The notes beneath the pieces were generated by a model that searched no databases, had not been told where the DNA came from, and saw only the letters and a list, made by a program, of their open reading frames with translations. A DNA stretch of 64,000 nucleotides from Lama guanicoe. Its lineage: Eukaryota. How positions within the stretch are numbered: the first letter of the stretch is position 1; the number at the start of each line of letters is the position of its first letter. Of the stretch, positions 51,231 to 64,000 are shown piece after piece. A program made the translations under genes and the position numbers. The stretch covers positions 2,767,168 through 2,831,167 of the forward strand of contig MU053482.1 of NCBI GenBank assembly GCA_013239625.1. Reading direction: 5' to 3'.

Positions 51231-51467
51231 TGCTGGGACTCAGGACAGGCCACTCCCAAATAAGCCTCAATGGTATATAGATTATTTTGAATTAAAGTTA
51301 TTTAAGAAATGGCCAATGTAAGAGGGACACTCTAATCCTCCTTTTTGACTTCCTGAAAGCAGAAAATAATAGATTTGTGTCTATTTGTGACATCTGTTTT
51401 GTGTCAATTTTATTATTAGTCCCACAGGAGTTCAAGAGAGGTGATGGGGGAATTTCCCCCTTCTACA
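51231..51467 (+). mobile_element. Short ERV1-type (MER34/MER39-like) solo LTR
   Basis: TG...CA ends, with the GATTATTTTGAATTAAAG motif recalled from this group. Confidence 0.55.
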
Positions 51468-52099
51468 ACAGTATAAAGTATACGTAAATATTTCTTTCAG
51501 TGTAACAAGGGGAGAATGTATACAGGGAATAAGAGTAAGCCAAAGAATTATGTAAAAAGTAGAAATTGTACTAAGAATAGGAAAAAATGAGTAACCTGAT
51601 GGTCACAGAATAACCAGGTAGAAAGGGGGTCAGAAAATGTGCTATAAGATGATACATCAATCAAATGTCATAAAGAAAGAAAGTTGACTGTACAGACTCA
51701 GTGCTTTGTTTCCTGGGAAGTAATATCTTTGGATGATCCTACTAATACATCAAAGGTTAGCAGATGGGAGAGATGGTGAAAGATCAGAAACAGGAGGGAA
51801 TAGGCAGCTATTCTGAGGACCCACTGATAGTCCTGGAGTTGTAACTCCGCAGCACTCACCAGGCGTGGTCTCTTCATGTCATCAGCAGAAAGGACAGGAC
51901 CTCCACTCAATGCTAAGTCCATGAGGGATGTTCATTGTTGGATTCCCAGGGTCTGGCACAATCCTTGATACAGAGAAGATGCTCACTTATTTGTGGAAGG
52001 AAGAGAGGAAGACAGAAGGGCAGGAAGGCATGGAGGGAGAAAGGAAGAGGGTGAACGATGGAAGGTTTTTTTTTTTTTAATATTGCTGCTTTTCCCTCC

Positions 52100-53170
52100 A
52101 TCTTTATTGAAGTGTAATTGACAAAAAATAGTACATTTTTAAAGTATATGCCTTGATGTTTTTTTAAACATTTTTTATTGATTTATAATCATTTTACAAT
52201 GTTGTGTCAAATTCCAGTGTTCAGCACAATTTTTCAGTCATGCATGGACATATACACACTCATTGTCACATTTTTTTCTCTGTGATTTATCATAACATTT
52301 TGTGTATATTTCCCTGTGCTATACAGTGTAATCTTGTTTATCTATTCTACAATTTTGAAAGCCCAGTCTATCCCTTCCCACCCTCTACCCCCCTGGTAAC
52401 CACATGCCTTGATGTTTTGATAAATGACATGTTTCGATAATGATATTTGATATATATAATTGTGAAATAATTGCTATAATCAAGCTAATTAACATATGCA
52501 TCACCTCACATAGTTTCCAGTTACCATTGGTTCTTTTTTTTTTTTTTTTGGTGGGGAAAACACTTAAGGGTTATCCTCTTAGCAAATCTCAAGTATACAA
52601 TACAGTATTGTTAACTATATTCACATTTCTGTATATCAGATCTCCAGAACTTATTCATCTTGCAAAACTGAAACTTTGTACCCTTGACCAATATTTCTTT
52701 ACTTTTCTATCCCCAGCTCCTGGCAACTATCATTCTCCTCTTAACTTCTATGAATTTGACTATATTAGAGTCACATAAATGTGAGATCAAGCAGTATTTG
52801 TCTTTTTGTGTCTGACTTATTTCACTTATCATAATGTCTTCTAGATTCATCCATGTTGTTGCAAATGTCAAGATTTCCTTCTTTGTAAAGGCTGAATAAT
52901 ATTCCATTGTATATGTATGTAAATACATATATTCATGCATATATATATTATGTTCTTTACCCACTCCCCATCGATGGACATTTAGGTTGTTTCTGTTATC
53001 TTGGCTGCTGTGAATAATTCTGCAATGAACATGGGAGTGTAGATACCTCTTCAAGATACTGACTTCATTTTCTTTGGATATAAACCCAGAGTGAGATTGC
53101 TAGATCATAAGGTTGTTCTATTTTTTATTTTTATTTTTCCAAAAACCTCCATACTGTTTGCCATAATGGC
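52100..53170 (-). mobile_element. Old L1 3' end with a younger L1 tail nested (52163-52403)
   Basis: TSD ATGCCTTGATGTTTT at 52148-52162 and 52404-52418. ORF track 52707-53054 translates the conserved L1 3' region. Confidence 0.85.
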
Positions 53171-54003
53171 TATGCTGGAACAAAGGCTTTTCGATGCCTC
53201 TACAGCGGGAGAAGCTGGATAGAAAGAAATGACCTCTTCTGTACTACTCTCCCCATCGACTTCCTGTGTGGAGTCTGAGCCCTGAGTTGCTCTGTTCTTC
53301 ATGAGAGTCAATAAAAGGGGAAAAGGAAGAAGGGTATTCTGCCTGTAGCTGAACTGGACATAGGATAGTGTTTGGCTTGTCCCAGCTCCCAGAATTTCTG
53401 TATATATGTGGCTCTCAGAGGTTTCCAGCAGATTCAAACTGTGGACTTCCCCCATTAGAGAAAAGTGTTGGGGTTCGAGGGAACCACATGAGTTTCACTG
53501 GATTAGGGCTTCAGAGGGGCTTCACAGGTGCTTCCAACTGTCTCTCTGCTTCCCTGCCCCAAGCTGAAGTAAGTGGCCAGGGGAGCCACAGCTGAAGCTT
53601 TCTTTACCATTCCCAGGCCACATAGGCTGAAATTTCATCTATTAGACAGGAATTTACAAGTTAACCATCCAGGACTGGGTGAAGATAGCGAGCGTGGTCA
53701 TTCAGTCCCAGGTGTGGATTGCTTAGATTGCTTTCCTGCTCTTAGGGGAAGGGGAGTTTTGATGGAGAGAGTGGAGGGGAAGGATCAGGAAGTAACTCAG
53801 GGAGGAGGGGCACTCTGAAGGGAGGCTGTGCGGGGTTTTGGGGGCTAGGGAGACTTCAGAGCTCTCTGCTGGCACTTTCTTAGCCTCTTTCATGGGCTCC
53901 TCTTTAATCACTCCTTAAATTTTGGTTTTCCCTGGGATTCTTCCCTAGACCCCTGTCTCATCTTAATTTCAACTTTCTCTAGCTGATCTTGTTCACTCAT
54001 CTC

Positions 54004-54420
54004 TGTTAAAAAAAAATTCACCCAAGTATATTTTAAGATCTGATTGGCTTTATTCAAAGATTCATGAACTGGACAGCATCCCACCTGGCAACTAGATGGG
54101 CCCTCCAAGGGGTTCTACAAAATGGAAAGTTTTTATGGGAAGAAGGGTGGGGTATGGGAGCTATTAGCAAAAGAAAGAAAAGATTATTTCTAGGCCAGGA
54201 CATCTTCTTTTTGAAGGGAAGGGAATGGCAAGTGTTGGAGAGGGCCTATGTGACAGATGATCTCATAGGTACTGACCAGAAAATTCCAGACTGGTTGGTT
54301 AAAATTACATTTCTGAGGAAGGTCAAAACTGCAATTAGATTAGAAATTAAGTCTAAGTTTGTTATCCTGGGCTTTAGCACAAGTGATGCTATTTTGGGCC
54401 TCTGGTTTTTCTCTTTAATA
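54004..54420 (-). mobile_element. ERV1-type solo LTR (MER31/MER67-like)
   Basis: TGTTAAA...TTTAATA inverted termini. Family recalled, not verified. Confidence 0.5.
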
Positions 54421-54749
54421 CCTAATACCTTGTTGAAGAGAAAATCCTAGGCTGGGTATTACCCATAAGCACTCAGGTCACACGCTCGACTCCAACCTCA
54501 GGAACTATGTATAAATTCAGGCACTTCTTCAGGCTCTGCCTCCAGCCTTGGTTTTGGAGCTTTCATTTGGTTGATCACCCTGATTTCTGCACTACTGCTT
54601 TTACACCAGATTTCCCTCCTTTCTGTCTAGTCCTTTCAGATTTCAATACTCATTTTGTGAGTGTGCCCAGCTTTTGGCCATTCAATTTCTTCTTAAAAAA
54701 CCCTCTCTCCTGGATCACTTTTCTGACTGCAACGATCAAGGAATCTTAG

Positions 54750-55527
54750 CCTATGATTCTGACACCAATTCTGATGTGTGGGTGTTTTCCCTACACCAAG
54801 TAATCCTCCAACACCAGCTGGTGTCAATCCTGACACTATCCACCTAGAGTTAGCATCAGATAAGTTACAGGCTCAGTCATTCAAGACTTGCCAGACTTAA
54901 GATGCCAATTCAAAGTCCAAATTGCTACCTGTGCTTCTGACCCACTGGCTATAAATCAGAGGTTTCCATGACGCCCTCCTTGGGGGTTTGATTGATTTGC
55001 TAGAGCAGCTCACAAAACTCAGAAAACCAGTTTACTTACTAGATTACCAGTTTATCACAAAATATATTAAAGGATACAAATGAACAGCTAGATGAAGAGA
55101 AACATAGGGTGAGCTCCCGAAAACAGGAGCTTATGTTTCCGTGGAATTTGATGCTTGACATGTGGATGCGTTCTGGCTCACCAACCAGGAAGCTCTCTAA
55201 ATCTCACGTCCTTTTGGGTTTTTATGGAAGTTCCATTACATAGGAATGATTAAGTCATTGGCCATTGATGAACTCAATCTGTAGCCCCAGTACCCCCCCA
55301 GAGGTTAAATGGGGATGGGACTGAAAGTTCCAAACTTCTAGTCAGATGGTTGGTTCCTCTGGCAATCAGCCCTCATCCTTACATCCTTTCCAAAATTTAT
55401 CTCATGAACTAACAAAAGACACCTTTATGGCTCTCAACACTTAGGAAATCCCAAGGGTTTTAGGAGCTCTGTGTCAGAAATGGGACAAAGACTTAATGTA
55501 TATTTATTACAGCTCACAATATCATAT
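54750..55527. mobile_element. MER21-like LTR
   Basis: CTGACACTATCCACCTAGAGTTAGCATCAGA...GCTATAAATCAGAGGTT...CACAATATCATA motifs. Confidence 0.65.
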
Positions 55528-55545
55528 AGCCAAAGTAGGATTCTA

Positions 55546-55591
<46 letters not shown>
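55546..55591. repeat. (TAT)n microsatellite
   Basis: Read directly from the sequence. Confidence 0.95.
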
Positions 55592-56589
55592 TTCTTTCAT
55601 ACTTCTGCTAGCTACTTCTTTCTGGAATGCCCTTTCTTCTCTTCTACAGCTATCTGTGAATTTTGCTAATTCTCAAGACTCAATCTCCACCTCTGAGAAG
55701 CTTCTCTTGACTCTTACCATCATCCCTCTTCTTAATGGGTCAGGTTGACATGAATTCTCATGCATTCTGTGGGGCAACAGAGATCTGACCTTGGTCTCAG
55801 TGGAAAATTATTAAATTAGGATTTTCTGTAGAACACGGGTGAGACTCAGCCTAAACTCCAGCCAGTCATGTTGGAGGAGGCTTTCAGAGTTAGCTCCGTT
55901 ACACAGTTCTTGTAGTTAAAAGATCAGATTTTACTCCTTTTGCATCTTGAACAAACCACCCAACCCCAAGATTTCAGAGGAACACTACTCTCCTCCTTCC
56001 TGTTTGTCACGATTGCCCCTCCCATTTGGATAGGCTTCAGCAGTTATGCCATGCTTTCACAGCTGTTATTTCACTTGTTCCTTACAGTAACCCCGCGGGG
56101 CAGAGAGAGATGGTTTTCACCAGTTGAGGGGACTGCAATTTCTACTAGTTCTGAGGACTTAAATCCTCGCATCAGTTTATGAAACTTCCCGTGGAACAGA
56201 AGCTTCCTATCAGGAAAGCTGTGGGGTAATGGCAGTTGTGAAGATGTTATCAGCTGCCGGGATGCCAGGGGCTGGACCCCACTCCCACATCTGCCAGATT
56301 CAGGCACAGTTGCTCAGCATTTCTGTTTCTTGCTGCCAGATTATGTCCCACAGATTAACTGCTTGAAGACTGAACAGTTCCATCTTTATAGTTCAACTCC
56401 CTTCTTCTATTTTGTCTTAGACCAACTGAATAAGCCAATTGGTCATTTCAACATGACTGGAATCTCCTTAGCCAGATCCACAAGATTCATTAAGTATCCT
56501 TACTATTTTTCATTAGGTACTCTGTTTTTGTTTTTACCTCAGACAACAGTGTTGCCAAACTTTTTACCACCTATAACCTTTTGTCCAAC

Positions 56590-57045
56590 TCTATTAGGTT
56601 GCTAGGGGTGTCATGATAAGGTACCAAAACTGGGTGGCTTAAACAACAGAAATTTATTGTCTCAAGGTTCTGGAGGCTAGAAATGCAATATCAAGCTACC
56701 AGAATGGTTGGTTCCTTCTAAGAGCTATGAGGAAGAATCTCTTCCATCCCTGTCTTCTAGCTTCTGGTTATTTGCTGGCAATTTCTGGTGTTTCCTGGCT
56801 TGAAGACCCATCATCCTGATTTCTGTCTTCATGTTCATATGTCATTCTCCTTGTGTGTTTGTGTCCAAATTTACTCTTTTTATAAGGACACCAGTCATAT
56901 TGGATGAGGCCCCACCCTAATGACCTCATTTTAACTGGATTACCTCTATAAAAACTGTATCTCTAAATAAGATCACATTCTGAGGTACTGGGGATTAGAA
57001 CTTGAACATATGAATTTTGGGGAGATGCACCAACCTTCAAGAACA
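56590..57045 (-). mobile_element. MLT1 (MaLR) LTR
   Basis: GGGTGGCTTAAACAACAGAAATTTATT...TAAGGACACCAGTCATATTGG...CACATTCTGAGGTACTGGGG. Confidence 0.8.
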
Positions 57046-58048
57046 ATCTCTCACTGTCCTTCAAACATTCCCTTGAGATCCTTTAAGCTTCTGCCATCCC
57101 CTGTCCAAAGCCAACAGCACATGTTTTTTGTTAGCAGTATCTAACTTCACCAGTGTCAGTATCAGTTAGAGCTGATCAGGGAAGCAGCATCACTAAAGAA
57201 TACCAGATTTATCATAGGGATTAAATACAACACAGTTGCAGGAAAAGCTAGGGAAGAAAAAGTCTGGAAGGAGATGGCTGGATGATCCGAGGAAAGTCTA
57301 ACCAGGGATCACAAAGGAAAGCTGGTGAAGAACTCTGTGGAAGACTGTAGCCTCTGCATCTGAAAGTGGGCCTGAAACTGACAAGTCATCAGGGAGAGCA
57401 GTCAGGAAGAGAAGCCGGACTGAATTGGGGACAGTGAAGACAAACTAGAATCCACAAGGATAACTGGAACCCACAAGGACAAAACAGAACCCCTAGGTAT
57501 CCCTCACGGTGATGATGCAGGTGGTCTGCAGAAGAAGTTGATGCCTTTCGCACAGAACTACATGTGTGCTTTGCCCCTGAGGCTTGGAGAAGCTGAAATA
57601 GGAGATGTGGTCGGAGATGGAAGAGCTGGGGGCCAGTTGCTGCTCTGCACCAACAGTGTGCCAGCAGGTAACAAGTTTACAATCTGCAGTTGGTACTTGG
57701 CATCTTCAGGGCACAACAGCTGCTGCTTCACTTGCTCCTTCTGGGTGTTACACACATTTTGTCTTGTGACCAGTCCTATCCTGGAACCAGACTGGGAAGG
57801 GAAATCTGGGAAACTTAAATTTCAGTTTAGTTAAATTGACACAGTGCAAATCCACCACATGAGCCAAATATCAACAGTTGCCAGGTACCATGATGCTGTC
57901 TGTGTCTCATATGAACTAGTGCCTCATTTAAACGTCATAGGAATTTTGCAAGATAAATATTAGCATCCTCATTTTACATATGAAGAAATGAAGCCTCATA
58001 TTTGCTCACAGAGAAGCAAATGGTCGAGCTGGGATTCTGTCCTACATC

Positions 58049-58566
58049 TGTGTGGTAGCCAGCTTCAAGATGGGGCTCCAGTGATTCTTGCCTACTGACA
58101 TTTATGCTCTTTAGTAGTTCCCCTTCCCACCTTAAGTAGATCTGACCTGAGTAATCAGTTAAATATTGCAGAAATGATGATAAGTGACTTTTGAGGCAGG
58201 ATCATAAAAGACATTGCAACTTCTACCTTCTCTTCCTTGAATCACTTGCTCTGGGAAAAGCCAGCTGACATGTTGTAAGGACACTCAAGTGGCCTGTGGG
58301 CAGATGCACATAGGGAGGAATTGAGGCCTTTTGCGAACAAGTCCATGTGGGTGAACCGTCCTGCAAGTAATTTCTACAGCACCTGCCTTGCCTCAGGTGA
58401 CTGCAGTCCCATGTCCTGACCGAAACCTCTCAAGAGACCTCAAGCCAGAACTATATGGCTAAAGGGCTTCTAAATTCCGACCCCATAGAAAATATGAAGT
58501 GTTTATTATCGTTTTAAGCTGACAAATTTTTGGTTAATTGGTTAGGCAGCAATAGATAATTAATAT
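58049..58566 (+). mobile_element. MLT1 (MaLR) LTR
   Basis: TGTGGTAGCCAGCTTCAAGATGG start and GCAGCAATAGATAA end. Confidence 0.7.
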
Positions 58567-59829
58567 AATCTGTTAGGTTCCAAAGCACAGCTCCTTCCAT
58601 GACATTATTTTGCTTTTAATAATTTGTTCAGGTTGTGAGAAAGGGGATTGTGGAAGAAGTAGGAATTGGAAGTTCAGAATGTACTGGTCATGTGACCCCC
58701 CCGCCCAAGCTTTGAAATGTCTTTTTGGCACTTCCAGATACTGAGAGAGAAGGAGGAGTGTCATCTAGTGGTTAATCTGAATGTTGAAAATTAGGAGGGT
58801 TTCTTTTTTGTCACTACCCAGGAAAAGCTGAGTTGGTTTGAAGAAATGAGAGGTTAAATCATGTGCTCTGGCTGACCGGCACACTTGAGCTGGAGTTGAG
58901 GAATACCAATGATAGAAACTGGATTCTGGCAGGACAAGAAAAGTCCTGACAAATGGTGGAGCGGGCAGGGCCTCTAGGGCCCTCACAGTGAGACTGACAG
59001 TTCCCCTGCTTCTGCCCCTTCCCCTCAACTGGGCCATCCCTTCCTTTGGCTCACCAAGTTCCCTTTGGCCTCAAGCTCACTGAAGCAGCTCCTTACTTTT
59101 CTGCTCTTTCCGAATCCCCCTTCCTTATGATGCTCTTTTCCTTTTAATAAAGTGCATCTATTTGCATTTAGGAACATAAAAGAAGAAAGCAAAACCAAAC
59201 TTCATGTGAGAACCATCTCCTTTTGAAAACTATTGGTATTTGTTTTTTCCTTCATATTGTGCCTAGTGACTTAATCAGATTGGCATCAGCCAGCAATAGT
59301 CATTATCCTAGGATGCAAGCACTAGGGAATGCCTCCAGGACGTCTGGAGCAACCATGCTCATTTCATACGTGGAGAATTTGAAGCCCAAAGAGCTCAAGT
59401 GACCATAGTTAGCAGATACTAAATGAATATCTCTACAACGAGGAGGACGCTCTTCTGGGCTTGGATAGGTTCTTTCAAATGGTCCACCCATTCTGATTAG
59501 TAAGATGGGTGGAGTGATTTGCTGGAGTCCTTCTGGGCCTTCTATTATGCAAGCACAGAAACACCAGAGAACAGCAGCATTACTCACATCAAACCCTGCC
59601 TAAATTGTGAACTGACCTTCAACAGCTGAGAGTTAGAAAAGAGATTGCCTGACCCTCTGACTTATGCCTGATTCTTCCACCTTAAACCTCATCTCTGTGC
59701 CCCCCCGGAGTCCACTACACAGTAGGCAACAAGAAAAAAAGTTTGTGAAAGGAATGAGCCAACTTCCCTCTAGGCCTTTCCCTGCTTCCCCTTCCTCTCC
59801 CCACCCTCTGACACTAGAGACTGTGAGCA

Positions 59830-61060
59830 TTTGAGACCGTGCCCGGGGACTTTTGGGGATCTTGTCTTGTATCCTCAGACAGTGACCACGTCCCCAGGGC
59901 AGGACCGGGGCTCCCTTCTTCACAGCGGGACGGCGGCTGGACCCGGGGAGTTCTGCTCACCCCGACTCTCATAGTTTTCCTCGGGATAGGGGCTCTTGTT
60001 TGGGGGGCATGCGAACACCGAAAATGGCCCGAGCTGGTCCGGGGAGCACTAGGGGCATGAGTGGTGGCCCTTGCCGTCCTACCCGGGAAAGAAGACCTGG
60101 CTTTCTCACCAGCAGGGAGTTGCAGACCACCCGACCCCGCGCTGCAGCCACGGAGAGAGCTTCCCAGCGGGCGCCCAGTGGGCGGGGCCTGGAGGGGGCG
60201 GGGCCTGCCGCGATCAGGTGACGGCGCAGCGGGCGGTGGCGATAGAGGTCGAGGGGTGTCAGACGCGCGGAGTAGCTGGTGGGGCCGTGGCGGCAGTCGG
60301 GATAGCAGGGCCGTGGCCATGGGGGGCTTGAAGGACGAGCTGCTTAAAGCCATCTGGCACGCCTTCACCGCGCTCGACCTGGACCACAGCGGCAAGGTCT
60401 CCAAGTCCCAGCTCAAGGTGGGCGCTCCCCTGTCCCGGCCCCCAACTCGGTCCTCCCCGGCGCGCGCTCAACTAATCACGGCTGGAAACGGACAGGCGGG
60501 CGGGGACCACAGGGAGTGGCGGGCCGGAATGCGGCGAGGCGGCCTGCTCAGGGATGGAGGGGCCAGAGACCCGGATTTGGCACTTTTTTTCCTCCCTCTT
60601 GCTTTCGGGACCGTGCGCTAGTCCTCTCAAGGCTCCGCATGAGCAAGGGACGGCGGGGGTGAGGGCTGTGAGGGGCGAGCCAGGCTCCCTGTTGGTGCTC
60701 GAGGCCCAGAAAGTTTCAGACTCGGAGAGGGCGGTGGGAAGCTCCCTTAAGAAACTTTTCAGGAGTTTCCTCCTTACTCTGGGAGAGAAAGGAACTTGCC
60801 CAAGGTGACTGTGCAGAGCCTTCTAAGGCGCACTCTCTGCACCGGGGCAGTCCTCAGAACGGCCAGCTGCACCCCAGGGAGCCAGACAGGCCTGAGAAGA
60901 GAGAAGTGCCCCAGAGCCCGGTCCCCAGAGGCCTCCTCCTTTGGGGTGCTTTGGCGGTGGGGCATGCTTTCCGACTAGTGAGGAAGACCTGGCGTCCTTA
61001 GGTCTGGAACGAGTCAAGGGTGTGCCTTGTCTCACAGGGACCTTAGTTCCGGGTGAGGAA
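59830..61060 (+). promoter_or_regulatory. SWAP70 CpG-island promoter with tandem GC boxes
   Basis: CpG-rich block with Sp/KLF boxes TGGGCGGGGC (60179-60188) and GGGGCGGGGC (60195-60204). No TATA box seen. Confidence 0.85.
60319..60417 (+). CDS. SWAP70: SWAP70 first coding exon ([33 protein letters not shown]), gene continues beyond the window
   Basis: Strong Kozak GCCATGG, EF-hand-like N-terminus and AAG|GTGGGC donor at 60418. Syntenic with WEE1. Confidence 0.95.
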
Positions 61061-61539
61061 CTCTGATCTTTCTGGCACCCTGTAAAAGCAACTGCCTTTG
61101 CAGTCTTCATTGTGACTGCCAGAGACCCCGTCATTAAGTGAGACTATAAGGTATAAATAAAGAAATGCTTATAAATTGAGTAACCCCAAGCAGAGCAAGT
61201 GGCACTTAGCCAGGAGAAATTGGCCGGTTCTTGAAAGTGTGAAATACGGAAACAGACAAGAAGAGCCATTCATAAGCATTTTAAAATATACACATTTTGG
61301 ATCTGAATGTCTGGTTTTCTTAGCCTCCTCTGAGAATGAATTTCTGAAGATTGAGTTTGCTTTGTATGTTTTGTGCATTAATCAGGAGGTTCTTATGACC
61401 AGTGGCTTTTATGACAGGAGGGCTTAGCATTCTGCCTGTCTTCCTTTTACCCTCCTCCTCTTTTTCTCATTCATAAAATCATAGTCTGGAAAGATCCATG
61501 GAGATCATCCACTTAATCTTTATTTGACTTTATTTTTAA

Positions 61540-62150
61540 AATTAACATACAGTACCATTGACTTTTTTAGTGGATGGTTCTATGAGTTTTAACATATACA
61601 TCTGTATAACTAATACCAAAATCAAGGGTCCATCAGTTCCATCATCGCCAAAAGTTCTCTCGTGCTTCCCCCTCTTCCTCAACTGCTGACAATCAGTGAA
61701 ATGTTCTGAATTGCTATAGTTTTGTTTTCTCCACAATGTCATAAAAAAAAATGGAGCCTTACAGTATGGATCCTTTGACACTGGCATCTTTTACTCATCA
61801 TAATGCCTTTGAGATTCATCCATGTTGTGTGTGTCAGTAATTCTTTTTAATGCTAAGTAATACTCCATTGTATAGATGTACCATAGTTATTCCATTCACC
61901 CTGGAAGAATATTTGTGTTATTTCCACTTTTGAATGATTATAAATAGAGCTTCATTTTACTCTTTACTGTTTTTACTTTTAATTTACCTATACCTTTATA
62001 TTCAAAGTGAGTTTCTTATAGATAACATGTAATTGGGTCTTATTTTTTAATCCATTGTGACCATCTATTTTTTAATTGGTGTGTTTAGATCAGTTACATT
62101 TAGTTATTGATATGGTTAGATTTAGTGCTACCATTGTACTACTTGGTTTC
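61540..62150 (-). mobile_element. Old L1 fragments in SWAP70 intron 1
   Basis: L1 3'-end motifs (GAGATTCATCCATGTTG...TACTCCATTGTATAGATGTACC) and an ORF2-like piece. Confidence 0.65.
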
Positions 62151-64000
62151 TGTTTGTTATTCTATCTTTTTTCTCTTTCAATTGATGGCAGAAACGAATT
62201 ATTTTCTATTACTTTTGTTATGCAACATTCAAAATTGTCTTTGTGGCTGCTTATAGAAAAAGTGTCCAGAGAATACTTGACTGCAAGCTTGGCAGGAAGT
62301 ATTAAATTCTGGTTCAGGGCTTTCACCCACAAGATGTTGATAATACAAATGTGCAGTTGTATTTTATCTCTTTTGTCTGCTTAACTGAGAGATTTTGGGG
62401 TTGATTCCATTCTGTTCATTTTGCCAATGCTTCTGAAATTGGAAATATTTAGAAGTTTCTATTTAGTTGTCTCCTTCTGGGAGTTTTGACCCTCAAGTTC
62501 AATGTTCATTGATCCATTGGCTAGGAGTAGAGTTTTTGCCTTTATTTGTTCATTCGTTCATAAATAACTTTTTGTGTATAGTCTGTGTAAGGTACCATGC
62601 TAATTTCATAAAAAGATTAGTATTTTTACACTCTTAAGAGGTGATACCTCCTTGGAGGAAATATCATTTGATTGGCTTATTAAATAGCAGACTAAAAATT
62701 ACATATCCAAAATGAGGTTAAAATTTGTCGCTTTGGAAAACTATATGGGCATTCTAAAATACTTTTGACACTTGTCTTATGGAATTACCTTCACAATTTT
62801 CGACACAGTGAATGGTGACAATTCATGTGTTAGATACTGTGCCTAATTCTAAGGGTGATACAGTAGTAAAGGTGAGGAAAAAAGAAATACATTTTTGCCT
62901 TCAAAGAGTTAAATTTTGGTAGTCAAACTAAAAGAATAGCAACCATTAGGGAAGTCTATCTCTTAATCTCTCTCTCTCTCTCTCTGTGTATATATAGAGA
63001 TTATATTACTCAGACAATTACCCTAGCCTTAAAAAATGTAAGGTCTGGTGGTTGAGATAAGAAGTACAGAAATACTATTGGGTAGAAGATGTTGAATGTG
63101 ATAGAAGATAAGAGGCCATGAGATTTTAGAGGAAGAGACCAGTACTTTTTACTGTTGTAATTACTTCATGAAAAAACTTGAAATGACCTCTGAAGAAAGC
63201 TAGGATATGATTATGTAGAAATGGGGGAGGATTAAACCCATTCTATTCATTTATTCATTCATTCTTCCTTTGAATGGATATTTGTTGACTGCTTTTATCT
63301 CTACAGGATCCCTGCGAACTATTGTAGGTGACAGGAATTAATCAGGTATTTATAGGGACTTCTGTGTAACTTATTTTGATTGGTGTGTAGCATATGAGTA
63401 TGATGTGTATGTATAAGAAGGAGTTATTGCTAGTAATAAAGCTGTAGAATTAGACTGGGGTTAATGCATCAAGGGCTTTTTGAGTGCCAAGGTAGTTAAA
63501 TAGATGCCATTGGACCTTTAAGTTTTCTGAGGACTGATGGGCCATAATCAGAATTGCACTTTAGGAAGTCACTTAGGTAGTGGCATATGTAGTGGATTGG
63601 AACAGATTGAGCAGATTAGAATTAGGAAACCATTGAAATAGCTCAGAGGAGAAGTAATGGAGGGCTGGAGGTGGTGAGGATGAGCAAAGTAGTGGGGTGG
63701 GGGTATGGAGCAAAGGGGAGTGATGGTGGAAGGAAGAGAAAGAAACTTCGCTATCCACACACTTCAACCCATCATTGGGTGTGAAGAGAAATGGAAAGAA
63801 CAAAGTCAGGAATCTCTCAAATTTCAACTAAGGATGTGGTTTTTAATAGAAATAGGAATGTTATGAAAAGAGTTGTCCTCTAGTCACAGTTATGTTTCCT
63901 TGTTAAAACAATTGGGCATGAGATCATTGCAGGTCAATATCTGATCTTCATCAAAGTACCTTCCCTTTCATGCCCTCCAAAAAACAGAGAAGCACCTCTG

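Larger units (their letters stand above)
49778..52055. repeat. Diverged long inverted repeat (arms 49778-50091 and 51743-52055)
   Basis: Manual reverse-complement alignment, e.g. CCCTCATGGACTTAG, TTTCTGCTGATGAC and CTAACCTTTGA are shared. Confidence 0.85.

Noticed and set aside
59814..60416. 200-aa antisense ORF over the SWAP70 promoter
   Set aside because: Pro/Arg/Ser-rich shadow ORF typical of CpG islands, with no homology recognised.
60319..60417. DEF6 as an alternative identity for the exon
   Set aside because: [11 protein letters not shown] fits SWAP70 (DEF6 recalled as KSIWYAFTALD), and synteny with WEE1 supports SWAP70.

Overview
Mammalian genomic DNA, probably a camelid, inferred from a tRNA-Ala-derived SINE family and recurring L1 3' ends. 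The window holds the last six coding exons and 3' UTR of WEE1 (+ strand, 1362-~7880), about 52 kb of repeat-rich intergenic DNA, and the CpG-island promoter and first coding exon of SWAP70 (+ strand, ATG 60319), matching the known WEE1-SWAP70 synteny. The intergenic region is mostly L1, L2, MIR, SINE, LTR and Tigger/hAT fossils. Four things stand out. (1) A TSD-flanked chimeric retro-insertion at 26.6-27.1 kb joins a piece of the antiviral helicase gene DHX58/LGP2 (start of the CDS plus apparently intronic upstream sequence) to an L1 3' end. (2) An orphan CpG island at 21.7-22.9 kb has CTCF-like motifs, a C55 run and a consensus splice donor. (3) Diverged ~310-bp inverted arms at 49.8-52.1 kb have a palindrome almost exactly at their centre. 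(4) A full-span Tigger2-type transposon is interrupted by an L1. Repeat family names are from recollection of consensus sequences, not a database search, and repeat boundaries are approximate. I see no evidence for a novel multi-gene system.
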